Below are positions 1-8,835 of a DNA stretch of 64,000 nt, one piece after another. The notes below the pieces were generated by a model. That model searched no databases. It was not told the DNA's origin and was given only the letters and a program-made list of their open reading frames with translations. Each line of letters starts with the position of its first letter. The first letter of the stretch is position 1. The position numbers and the translations under genes were made by a program. The stretch is taken from NCBI GenBank assembly GCA_963697335.1, contig CAVONQ010000006.1, positions 97,237 through 161,236 on the forward strand. The letters are read 5' to 3'. This stretch comes from an uncultured cyanobacterium. Its GTDB lineage: Bacteria > Cyanobacteriota > Cyanobacteriia > PCC-6307 > Cyanobiaceae.

Positions 1-339
1 GGTGTCAACCGATGCCAGCAGCTTGACGGCCCGGGTCTGCTGCACTGGCACCACCAGCCATTCGCCGCGATCAAAGCGATGGTCGGCTTCCACCTCGTTG
101 AGGCTGGCCAGCCGCTCGCTGCCCATGCTGAGGTCACGGGAGAGCTGCTCGATGCTCACCGGCTGGCGCACCTTCACCCACAGCTTTTCAGCACTGGGTC
201 GCGGTCGAGCCGCCAGCAAGGTGTCGGTCGAGGCGTCATCCGACTCGCCGGGAGTGAACGCCTGGGTGACGGCAGGCACCGTGGCAGCAAGGGCTGCAGA
301 GAGAAGGAGCGACGTTTTGATTGGTGACAAAGGCTTCAA
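1..339 (-). CDS. 5' part of an exported LysM/M23-type peptidoglycan endopeptidase (runs off the window)
   Basis: Manual translation from TTG at 339 gives MKPLSPIKTSLLLSAALAATVPAVTQA (signal peptide) then ...SIEQLSRDLSMGSERLASLNEVEADHRFDRGEWLVVP (LysM-like); frame stays open to the edge. Confidence 0.55.
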   Translation of the reverse strand, partial: MKPLSPIKTSLLLSAALAATVPAVTQAFTPGESDDASTDTLLAARPRPSAEKLWVKVRQPVSIEQLSRDLSMGSERLASLNEVEADHRFDRGEWLVVPVQQTRAVKLLASVDT

Positions 340-521
340 AGGTTGTTCCCCAAAACGACAAAGCTCAGTAGAGAAGCCGAGATCTCTGAGCCGCGCAGAC
401 CGTAGCGGACGAGCCCCCAGGGAGCAAGTGCGTCTTGACACGGAATCCACCGGGGCAGTCGCTCCCGCACCCCGGCCAACGGCTGCGCCGCACGGCGACA
501 AGCCTGCCTCAGCCTGCGATC

Positions 522-1004
522 TCAGCAGCTGATCGGCTCCTGCTGACGCAGGGCTTCGAACAGCACAATCCCCACCGACACCGACAGGTTGAGGCTGCGC
601 ACCCCGCCCTCGGGATGCTGGCGCGAGCGGGCCATCGGAATGGTGATCGCCTGGTCGGCCTGGGCCAGCACGTCGGGGGGCAGTCCGTCGCTCTCCCGGC
701 CGAACAGAAGCCAGTCGTCGGGCCGAAAGTGGATGGCGGTGTAGGGGGTGTTCGCAAGGGCGCTGAGGGCCAGCAGCCTCCCTCCGCACTGCAGGCGGTG
801 TCGTCCGAAGGCGGCCCAGTCGGCGTGGCGGCTGAGGGGCACGTAGGGCCAGTAGTCGAGCCCGGCCCGCCGCAGGCTGCGGTCGCTGATCTCGAAGCCG
901 AGGGGCTCCACCAGGTGCAGCTCCTGGGCCGTGGCGGCGCAGGTGCGGGCCACATTGCCGGTGTTGGGCGGAATCTGGGGCTGATAGAGCACGATCCGTG
1001 GCAT
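522..1004 (-). CDS. trmL: tRNA (cytidine(34)-2'-O)-methyltransferase (SpoU family)
   Basis: IVLYQPQIPPNTGN, RRAGLDYW, FGRESDGLP and RSLNLS motifs. Confidence 0.93.
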   Translation of the reverse strand: MPRIVLYQPQIPPNTGNVARTCAATAQELHLVEPLGFEISDRSLRRAGLDYWPYVPLSRHADWAAFGRHRLQCGGRLLALSALANTPYTAIHFRPDDWLLFGRESDGLPPDVLAQADQAITIPMARSRQHPEGGVRSLNLSVSVGIVLFEALRQQEPISC

Positions 1005-1008
1005 GGCT

Positions 1009-1590
1009 TCAGCGCGGCACCGGCTCACTGAGGGCCTGCAGATCGAGGGCCCGGCCGGCCACCACCAGCCAGGAACGCTGGCAGCAGCGGGCCAGCTCCT
1101 GCTCCAGGGCGCCGAGCCGGTCGCGGAACAGGCCGCCGATCGCCGTGGGGGGCACCACGCCCCAGCCCGTCTGCTCACTCACCAGGATCAGCCGGCCCGG
1201 ACACGCTTTCACGGAGCTGGCCAGGGCCTCCACACTGGCCTGCCAGGTGAGCGGTGACTGGTCCAGCCCCCAGGCCACCCAGGAGCCCAGCGCGTCCACC
1301 AGGGCCAGCTCACCGGGCTGGAGCTGGCTCAGGCCGTCCGCCAGCCCCTCCTGCAGCTCCGCCAGACCCCAGTGGGGTGGGCGCCGTTGCCGGTGGATCT
1401 CCAGCCGGGCCTGCCAGTGCGGATCCTCGGGATGGCGGCCGGCGGTGGCGACATACAGCACCGGCCCGGGATGCTGCCGCGCCAGGTGCTCGGCCCAACG
1501 GCTCTTGCCACTGCGGGCCGGGCCCGTGACCAGCTGACAGCGGGGGGACAGGGCCCTGCCGCCTGGGGCCGGAGAATCAGCCGCCGCCAT
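1009..1590 (-). CDS. cobU: Adenosylcobinamide kinase/adenosylcobinamide-phosphate guanylyltransferase
   Basis: GPARSGKS P-loop, HRQRRPPHW, EQTGWGVVP, FRDRLG. Confidence 0.93.
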   Translation of the reverse strand: MAAADSPAPGGRALSPRCQLVTGPARSGKSRWAEHLARQHPGPVLYVATAGRHPEDPHWQARLEIHRQRRPPHWGLAELQEGLADGLSQLQPGELALVDALGSWVAWGLDQSPLTWQASVEALASSVKACPGRLILVSEQTGWGVVPPTAIGGLFRDRLGALEQELARCCQRSWLVVAGRALDLQALSEPVPR

Positions 1591-2722
1591 TCATGTTGCG
1601 CAGGGTGGCCACAGAGGACGGCGACACACGGTTGAGGTAGCGGAAGATCCAGTACTTGAACACCGTGGCCAGGATCACCGGGAAGGTGGCAATGAACAGG
1701 AGGATGAAATTCTCCTGGGCGGGAAGACCGAAATGGTTGGCCACCCCATCCAGCAGCACGGTCCAGCCCTCCGGGCTGTGGAACCCCACAAAGATGTCCG
1801 TGAACAGAATGATCGCAAAGGCCTTGGCGCTGTCGCTGAGGCCGTACACCAGCTCATCCAAGAAACTGCGCAGCACCTGCAGGTCGCGGCGCCACACCAC
1901 GCACACCAGCACGAAGCCCACCAGGCCGCCCAGGTCGGCGAGCACGTTCTTGATGGCGTGGGTGCTCTCCTGATCCGCCGCCTGCTTGAGCTCCTGGGCC
2001 CGCTGGGCCAACTTGGTGTGCAGCTCGCTGGCACTGGGCAGCTCCTGGCCCCTGAGCAGCGAATCGAATTCGATTTCAGCCCGGTAGACCCGCAATTGCT
2101 CGACGGCCCGCTCCTCCAGCTGGGGTTTGGGGTAGCTGAGAAAGGCGTAGTCCGTGGCGAAGCGATCCACCAGGGGCGACACCACGTAGGTGCGGCTGAT
2201 CTGCTGCACGAGCACGGGCACCAGCACCAACAACAGCAGGATCCGCAGCGACACCAGGGTGGAATCGCGGCGCCGGCGGAAGCCGGCCACCATGTTGGCC
2301 TCCGCCTCCGGATCCAGCTGGCGGCGCACCTGGTTCACCACGCCGAGCAGGCTGCGGGGCAGCACCTCAGGCGTGCGGCTGATGGCCGGCAGGGGGTTGC
2401 GCCTGGCGTCGTAGCGCGCCAGCACCGATTCGATCAACTGGAGTTGGCGCAGCTCCTGGCCCACCAGCTCGCCGCGGTGCTGACCCAGACTCACCAGGCT
2501 CTGCCGGCAGACCTCCAGGGCCGCCTGGAAGCGGCGCAGCAGCTGGGCCTGGGCGCCGGCGGGCAGGGGCAGCACAATCTCGGGCCGCACGGGGCGGTCG
2601 TTGTAGTGCTCCAGCTCGATGCTCTGGATCAGCAGCGCTGCCTCATAACCCCGCTCCAGGTCGTGGCTGAGGTCGAGCGCCTGGGCCCGGCGGAAGGAGC
2701 CGAGCCAGTTGGTGAGGGCCAT
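1577..2722 (-). CDS. pxcA: Proton extrusion protein PxcA (CemA family)
   Basis: LSDSAKAFAIILFTDIFVGFHSPEGW and FKYWIFRYLNRVSPS. Confidence 0.93.
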   Translation of the reverse strand: MALTNWLGSFRRAQALDLSHDLERGYEAALLIQSIELEHYNDRPVRPEIVLPLPAGAQAQLLRRFQAALEVCRQSLVSLGQHRGELVGQELRQLQLIESVLARYDARRNPLPAISRTPEVLPRSLLGVVNQVRRQLDPEAEANMVAGFRRRRDSTLVSLRILLLLVLVPVLVQQISRTYVVSPLVDRFATDYAFLSYPKPQLEERAVEQLRVYRAEIEFDSLLRGQELPSASELHTKLAQRAQELKQAADQESTHAIKNVLADLGGLVGFVLVCVVWRRDLQVLRSFLDELVYGLSDSAKAFAIILFTDIFVGFHSPEGWTVLLDGVANHFGLPAQENFILLFIATFPVILATVFKYWIFRYLNRVSPSSVATLRNMNGGG

Positions 2723-2728
2723 GGATGC

Positions 2729-3427
2729 TCAGCGGGAGAAGACCCACCAGGTGGCCATCGGCACCACCGTGCCCACCACCAGCAGCACGATCACCCAGGT
2801 GAAGGCCTTGCTGTCGGCCGTCTCCTCCCGGGTGGGCACGTTGGTAGGCAGGGTGGTGGCCTCCACCTGCAGCGGCTCGCCGGGATCCTCTCCGGTGTCG
2901 AGCACCGTCTGCAGCCGGGCGATGCCATCGAGGCTTGCCTGGCGGAAGCGGGCGCCCTCGCGGATCGGCTGGGCCATGGTGGTGCGGGCCGTGCTCTTGA
3001 GCAGCTCGGCATTGAGCCGGCTGTCCAGGGCCGCAGACGCCACCACGACAGCGGTGTTGGTCTTGCTGTCGATCAGAAACAGCAGCTGGCCCTTGTCGCT
3101 GCCCTGCGCTGCCCAGCGCTCCAGCAACTGCTGGCCGAACTGGCGCAGGCTGATGCCGTAGTCCAGCCGCTCCACGGTCACCAGATGGGCATCCACCTGG
3201 GCGGCCTGCAGGGCTTCGAGCTCCCGGCTCACCTCTCCATTGGCGGCACGGCTGAGCACCTGGGCCTGATCGAGCACCCGCTCCTGGGGCGCCTCGGCAG
3301 GGAAACTGGCCGCTGACACCGCCAGGGCAGGCGTGGCGGTCCCGAACAGGAGCATGAGGCTCACCAGCGCCGCCCAGCAGCGCCGCAGGGTGGGGCCGAT
3401 GGGGCGGTGCTGGGGCTGGAGCGACAT
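2729..3427 (-). CDS. psb32: Photosystem II repair protein Psb32 (TPM domain)
   Basis: Signal peptide, VLDQAQVLSR, C-terminal TM ending TVVPMATWW; start uncertain. Confidence 0.8.
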   Translation of the reverse strand: MSLQPQHRPIGPTLRRCWAALVSLMLLFGTATPALAVSAASFPAEAPQERVLDQAQVLSRAANGEVSRELEALQAAQVDAHLVTVERLDYGISLRQFGQQLLERWAAQGSDKGQLLFLIDSKTNTAVVVASAALDSRLNAELLKSTARTTMAQPIREGARFRQASLDGIARLQTVLDTGEDPGEPLQVEATTLPTNVPTREETADSKAFTWVIVLLVVGTVVPMATWWVFSR

Positions 3428-3515
3428 CGAGGGCCTGGGCGCGCGTGCCTTTAGTTTGCCTGCTCTGGCCAGGCCTGGCTGAACGTCGCCTGGTTCCCCC
3501 CGTATCGCCGCCGCC

Positions 3516-4211
3516 ATGAGCCTGCCTGCGCCAGCGAAGCTGTGCCTGAGCTGCGGGCTGATCGGCCTGGTGCTCACGGTGTCGAATCAGCTCACGGCCG
3601 GCAGCCTCAGCCCACCCCTGGAACGGGCCGGCGTGCTGGCCAGCCTGCTGGCCGTGGGGCTGATGCTGGTGGCCGTGCTGTGGACCAGGGCCGTGCCGGA
3701 AGCGGCGGCCCGTGCCCCGCTGACGGGCCGGGAGGGGCTGGAGCTGGCCGAGGGGCTCTCCGCCGCCGTGGCCGAGGAGCTGGGCTGGGGCAGCCAGATG
3801 CTGCTCACGGCCACCCCCGCCGCCGTGGTTTTTGTGCAGTGGCAGCAGCACTGTCTGCTGCGGCGTGGCCTGCTTGCTGACACCCCGTTCATGCCGGGGC
3901 CCATCTGCCGCCAGGCCATGGCCAGGGGCAGGGTCATCTCGCTGGTGAACCTGGCGCTCTATCCCGGCCGGGAGGAGTTTTCGCCACTGCTGCCGGAATT
4001 GCCCGCCGTGGTGGTGCAGCCCTTGGGTGAGGCGGGGGTGCTGCTGGTGGGGGGCTGGGCGCCGCGCTGCTTCAGCCGCGCCGACCTGACCTGGATCGAA
4101 GGCTGGGGCCAGCGGCTCACAGAGCGATTGGCGGGCGCTTGCGCTCCCCGTGGGGTGCCGCCGGATCCGGCGCCAGGGGCTGGGCCCGGGGAACCTGCAG
4201 CTGGGTCCTGA
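3516..4211 (+). CDS. Cofactor assembly of complex C subunit B (CCB2/CCB4 family)
   Basis: Two N-terminal TMs, ELGWGSQMLLTATPA, LYPGREEF, PRCFSRAD. Confidence 0.8.
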   Translation: MSLPAPAKLCLSCGLIGLVLTVSNQLTAGSLSPPLERAGVLASLLAVGLMLVAVLWTRAVPEAAARAPLTGREGLELAEGLSAAVAEELGWGSQMLLTATPAAVVFVQWQQHCLLRRGLLADTPFMPGPICRQAMARGRVISLVNLALYPGREEFSPLLPELPAVVVQPLGEAGVLLVGGWAPRCFSRADLTWIEGWGQRLTERLAGACAPRGVPPDPAPGAGPGEPAAGS

Positions 4212-5289
4212 CCCGACCGGAGCCGCCGCCCCCGAAGCTGATGAAGCCACTCTGGGCCACCTTGCCCTTGAGGCGATCGGCCCGGGTCAGCTGCTTGTTG
4301 GCCTCCCGGCGCAGCACTACGCCACCGCTGGCCTGCACGGCGCCACTGCTCCAGTTCCACTGACAGCGCTGGGCTGTAAGACGCTCACCAGGTTGGCTGA
4401 GCTGGCAGCCGGAGCCCACCACGGCCAGGGAGGTGTCGAAATCGAGGCTGAGACGATCGCCCACCAGACGGGCCTCCCCCATCTGGGCCTCGAAGGGAGA
4501 GTCGGTGGTGAGCAGGTTGCGTGGGAGGTCGATGCGGGCCTGCCGGGCCGTGAGCATGCCCTTGCGGCCGGGGTCGTCCACCCGCACGGGTCCCTGCAGA
4601 TCGATGATCTGGCGGCGGGTATCGGCGGTGAGCGAGGGGGCTGTCAACCGTTGGGGAGCGCGGTCAGGCAGCAGGCGCTCGCCCCGCACCGGCCCGCGCC
4701 CCTGCAGGGACCCGGTTCGGGGCAGCCAGTCGACGCCATCCATGGCCAGGGTGAGGGGCACGGGCCCACTGCGCACCAGGGTGGGAGCGCCCCGCAGCTC
4801 CAGGCGATCGGCATCGATCAGAAAGCGCACCCGCTGGCTGGTGAGACGCAGGTCGGCCTGGGTGGCCACGGGGCTGCGGTCCAGTTCCATCAGCTTGCGG
4901 GCCGGATACCAGCGCACCCGCTGGGCCGTGATCACCAGGGGCTCGGCCCCATCCTCGAGCCGCTGCAGTCGGGTCGGTCCTTCCAGCTGCACCACCTCGC
5001 CGTCATTGAGCACCACGCCGTTGGCGGCCGTGAAGCGGTAGGCCGGCTTGCCGTTGCTGTAGAGCACCCCCTTGAGATCGCGGGACTGGGCGACCCGGCG
5101 GCTGAGGTCATAGCGGGTTTCCGGACTGGTGAGTTCCCAGAGGGGCCGTCCCTGGGCGTCCTGCTGGCGCAGGTTGAGGCTGCGGAACACAAACGGCTGG
5201 GTCGCCTCCGGTTCGCGCGGGCGGCTGCCGCATCCAGCCACCAGGCCCAGCAGCCCCAGGCTGAGCAGGGCAGCGCCGAGACGCCTCAC
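4117..5289 (-). CDS. lptC: LPS export ABC transporter periplasmic protein LptC (cyanobacterial long form)
   Basis: Lipobox LVAGC, LRQQDAQGRPLWEL, repeated beta-jellyroll segments; overlaps the metG stop. Confidence 0.75.
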   Translation of the reverse strand: MRRLGAALLSLGLLGLVAGCGSRPREPEATQPFVFRSLNLRQQDAQGRPLWELTSPETRYDLSRRVAQSRDLKGVLYSNGKPAYRFTAANGVVLNDGEVVQLEGPTRLQRLEDGAEPLVITAQRVRWYPARKLMELDRSPVATQADLRLTSQRVRFLIDADRLELRGAPTLVRSGPVPLTLAMDGVDWLPRTGSLQGRGPVRGERLLPDRAPQRLTAPSLTADTRRQIIDLQGPVRVDDPGRKGMLTARQARIDLPRNLLTTDSPFEAQMGEARLVGDRLSLDFDTSLAVVGSGCQLSQPGERLTAQRCQWNWSSGAVQASGGVVLRREANKQLTRADRLKGKVAQSGFISFGGGGSGRVRTQLQVPRAQPLAPDPAAPHGERKRPPIAL

Positions 5290-6893
5290 AGGGGGCCGTC
5301 GAGCTCGAGCCGCAGCATCACGGGCTCCGGTTCAGGCAGGGCCTGGCCCGGCTCCAGAACGCCCCAGCGCTGGGCGGCCAGCCATGGCGGATTCTGGGCA
5401 GCGACGCCGACTCCTGGCCCTGGGCCGGAGTCGGCCTCACTGCCCAGGAGCTCCTGGCCCAGCTGGGCCAGCATGCGCCCGGAGAGCTCCGGCACCAGCG
5501 GGGCCAGCAGCACCGCCACCCAGCGGGCCGCCTCCAGCACGGCATAGAGGTCGGCGGCCACCGCCGCTTCCTGACCCGGTTGCTTCATCTGTTTCCAGGG
5601 GGCCTGGTCGTTCAGATAGCCGTTGGCGGTGCCGGCCAGCTGCAGCACGGCCTCGGCGGCGCGGCGGAACCTGAGGGCATCGAGGCCATCGCGCACCTCG
5701 CCGGCGGCATGGGCTGCCGCCAGGGCCAGGGGGTGCTGGTCGCTGAGGGCGGCGCCGGCCGGTGGCACGGCTGCGGCAAACCACTTGCGCGCCATCGAAC
5801 TGGTGCGGTTGAGCAGGTTGCCGATGGTGTTGGCCAGGTCGTTGTTGACCAGATCGCTGAAGCGTTGCTGCTGGAAGTCGCCATCCTCCCCAAACGGGAT
5901 GTCGCGCAGCAGATACCAGCGCACGGCGTCGCGGCCGCAGCGCTCCAACAGCACGTCGGGATCGAGCACGTTGCCCAGCGACTTGCCCATTTTCTGGCCC
6001 TCCCGCGTCAGAAAGCCATGGCCGTAGACCCGCTCCGGCAACGGCAGGCCGGCGGAGAGCAGCATGGCCGGCCAGTAGACGGCATGGAAACGCAGGATGT
6101 CCTTGCCGATCACGTGCAGCTGGGCGGGCCAGCCCTCCTGCAGCAGCTGATCGAGGTGCTGCCGCGGCGCCTCCGGGGCTGGAGCCTCGAGCAGGGCCGA
6201 CAGGTAGCCCAGCAGGGCGTCGAACCACACATAAAATGTGTGGCCGGGATGCCCCGGCACCGGAATCCCCCAGGGAAGATCGAGGCGGGAGATGGAAAAA
6301 TCGCGCAGACCCTGGGCCACGAAGTTCTCCACTTCCCGGCGGCGACTGGCCGGTTCGATGAAGCCAGGCTGGCGGATCAGGTTTTCGATGGCCCCCTGGT
6401 AGCGGGAGAGCCGAAAGAACAGGTTCAGCTCATCGCGCCATTCCAGGGGTTTGCGGTGGATGGAGCACTCCGGATCCTGCGCCTCGTGGGGATCGTCCTT
6501 GAACTCCTCGCAGGCCACGCAGTACCAGCCCTGCTGACGACCCTCCACCACATCCCCGCTGGCCTCCACCCGGGCGAAGAACTCCTCCACCAGCTGGCGG
6601 TGGCGGGGGTCGGTGGTGCGGATGAAGCGGTCGTGGCTGATGCGCCAGCGCTGCCAGAGATCGCGGTAGCCGGCACTCACCTGGTCACAGTGCTCCTGGG
6701 GGGAGACGCCGGCGGCCTCGGCGGTGCGCTGGATCTTCTGGCCGTGCTCGTCGCAGCCGGTGATGAAGATGACCCTCTCGCCCCGCAGGCGCTGGTAGCG
6801 GGCCATGGCGTCGCAGGCGATGGTGGTGTAGGTGCTGCCCAGGTGGGCGCGGTCGTTGACGTAATAGAGCGGGGTCGTGAGGGTGTAAGACAT
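5286..6893 (-). CDS. metG: Methionine--tRNA ligase
   Basis: TTPLYYVN..HLGS (HIGH), DEHGQKI, YVWFDAL, KMGKS (KMSKS). Confidence 0.97.
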   Translation of the reverse strand: MSYTLTTPLYYVNDRAHLGSTYTTIACDAMARYQRLRGERVIFITGCDEHGQKIQRTAEAAGVSPQEHCDQVSAGYRDLWQRWRISHDRFIRTTDPRHRQLVEEFFARVEASGDVVEGRQQGWYCVACEEFKDDPHEAQDPECSIHRKPLEWRDELNLFFRLSRYQGAIENLIRQPGFIEPASRRREVENFVAQGLRDFSISRLDLPWGIPVPGHPGHTFYVWFDALLGYLSALLEAPAPEAPRQHLDQLLQEGWPAQLHVIGKDILRFHAVYWPAMLLSAGLPLPERVYGHGFLTREGQKMGKSLGNVLDPDVLLERCGRDAVRWYLLRDIPFGEDGDFQQQRFSDLVNNDLANTIGNLLNRTSSMARKWFAAAVPPAGAALSDQHPLALAAAHAAGEVRDGLDALRFRRAAEAVLQLAGTANGYLNDQAPWKQMKQPGQEAAVAADLYAVLEAARWVAVLLAPLVPELSGRMLAQLGQELLGSEADSGPGPGVGVAAQNPPWLAAQRWGVLEPGQALPEPEPVMLRLELDGPL

Positions 6894-6966
6894 TCGGCGG
6901 GAAATGGCCCTGTGCCGGTGCCGGATCCTAACGAGCACTCCGCTGCCTCCCCCGCCGATCAACCCC

Positions 6967-8835
6967 ATGCAAGACGAGCGTTGTCCCATCGTGGTGTGGG
7001 GTGGGGGAAGCGGCGGCGTGGCGGCCGCGCTCCAGGCGGCCCGCGCCGGCAGTGCCACCCTGCTGCTCACCCCGGGGGGCTGGCTGGGAGGCATGGTGAG
7101 CGCCGCGGGGGTGTGCTGCCCTGATGGGAACGAGCTCAGCCCCTGGCAGAGCGGCCTCTGGGGGGCCCTGCTGCGGGAGTTGGCTCGACGCGAGCCCGGC
7201 GGGCTCGACCACAACTGGGTGAGCTGCTTCGGCTACCGGCCCGCCACTGCCGAGGCGATCCTGCGCCACTGGGTGGCCAGCACGGAGGGCCTCACCTGGT
7301 GGCCCTGTTGCCGCCTGAGGCAGGTGGATCGCCAGGGTGATCGCATCAGCCGGCTGCTGGTGGAGCGCTCTGGCCCTGGGGGCCCTGATGGCGCGAGCGC
7401 CCCTGCGGACACCGTGGCGCTCCATCCCGAGCTGGTGATTGATGGCAGTGACCGCGGCGAGCTGTTGGCCCTGGCCTCGGCCGGCTTCCGCCTCGGCTGG
7501 GAGGAGCAGGAGCTCTGGCAGGAGCCCAGTGCGCCGTCGCGGCAGCGCCTCAGCAGCGAACCCTTCTTCCAGGCCCAGCCCGTGCAGTCGCCCACCTGGG
7601 TGGCAATGGGCCGCCTGCGCGCGCAACAGGGGTGTCCCGCCGGCAAGAACAGCCTGCCGCCACCCTTCGCCGGTGCCACCAGCCGCTTCGGCCTGGAGCG
7701 CACCCTCACCTATGGCCGCCTGCCCGGCGACCTGGTGATGTTGAACTGGCCCCTGCAGGGCAACGACTGGCACGGCCAGGGCGACTGGCCCAGCCAGCTG
7801 GAGCGGGCCTTCAGCCTTGAGGCGGCCTCAGATCCCTGCGCCCAGGGGGAACTCGAGCAGGCGATGCAGGCCAACAGCCTCGCCTTTGCCGCCGCCCTCG
7901 AGGAGGCCAGCGAGGGCTGGCTGCAGCTGGCCGAGGTGTTTCCCCAGCACCCCGGCAGCGCTGACCTGGCGGGGCCGTCGCCCCTGGCCCTGATGCCCTA
8001 CTGGCGCGAGGGCCGCCGGCTCAAGGGGCTGACCACGGTGGTGGAGCAGCAGCTGCTGCCCCAGGCCGAGGGCGCCTCCATCGCCCCCCTGCCCTGGCGG
8101 CAGGGCCGCATGGAGTCGATCGCCGTGGGCAACTACGCCAACGACCACCACTACCCAGGTCCCGACTGGCCCCTGGCCCCGAAGAGCTGCCGCTGGGGTG
8201 GGCGCTGGAGCGGCACCCCCTTCTGCATGCCCTACGGCGCCCTGGTGAGCGCCGACACGGTGAACCTGTTGGCGGCCGACAAGGCCAGCAGCGTGAGCCA
8301 CATGGCCAATGGCGCCACCCGCCTGCAGCCCCTGGTGCTCAACGTGGGCCAGGCCGCAGGCCTGGCGGCGGCCCTGTGCCTGCGGCTGGGCTGCAGGCCG
8401 GCGGAGCTACCGGTGTTGCAGTTGCAGCAGGCTCTGGTGCAGGACCCCCTGGCGCCGTCTGGCCCCCTGCCCCTGTGGGATACCCCCTGGCACCACCCTC
8501 ACTGGCGGCAGCGCCAGCTGGCGGCCCTGGCGGATCCGGCCCTGGTGGGCGTCGACGGTGCCCTGGAGCGGGGTGGTCGGGCCGAGCTCGGAGCGGATCT
8601 GGATCCCCACCAGGCGCCGACCGAGCCCCACGAGCAGACCTGGTCTGGCCTGTTGACCCCAACCGGCGACGGGGCTTTTGTGCTGGAGCAGGGGAGCAGC
8701 CGCTGGCCCGTGATCACCCTGGAGCCGGCCCTGCATGCCTGGTTGCAGCAGATGAGCGGGCCCCGCCAGCTCAGCCTGGTGGGTTGCGCCAACCCCTGGG
8801 GACCCTGGCTGCGGGTCTCCAGGCTGGCCCACTGA
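6967..8835 (+). CDS. FAD-dependent oxidoreductase
   Basis: VWGGGSGGVAAALQAAR Rossmann motif, PYWREGRR, SHMANGATRLQP. Confidence 0.8.
   Translation: MQDERCPIVVWGGGSGGVAAALQAARAGSATLLLTPGGWLGGMVSAAGVCCPDGNELSPWQSGLWGALLRELARREPGGLDHNWVSCFGYRPATAEAILRHWVASTEGLTWWPCCRLRQVDRQGDRISRLLVERSGPGGPDGASAPADTVALHPELVIDGSDRGELLALASAGFRLGWEEQELWQEPSAPSRQRLSSEPFFQAQPVQSPTWVAMGRLRAQQGCPAGKNSLPPPFAGATSRFGLERTLTYGRLPGDLVMLNWPLQGNDWHGQGDWPSQLERAFSLEAASDPCAQGELEQAMQANSLAFAAALEEASEGWLQLAEVFPQHPGSADLAGPSPLALMPYWREGRRLKGLTTVVEQQLLPQAEGASIAPLPWRQGRMESIAVGNYANDHHYPGPDWPLAPKSCRWGGRWSGTPFCMPYGALVSADTVNLLAADKASSVSHMANGATRLQPLVLNVGQAAGLAAALCLRLGCRPAELPVLQLQQALVQDPLAPSGPLPLWDTPWHHPHWRQRQLAALADPALVGVDGALERGGRAELGADLDPHQAPTEPHEQTWSGLLTPTGDGAFVLEQGSSRWPVITLEPALHAWLQQMSGPRQLSLVGCANPWGPWLRVSRLAH

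Noticed and set aside
340..521. c-di-AMP (ydaO) riboswitch upstream of the LysM/M23 gene
   Set aside because: Plausible context, but the conserved GCTGAATCC, GGAACGGGGGA and CAGCTAAC elements are not present
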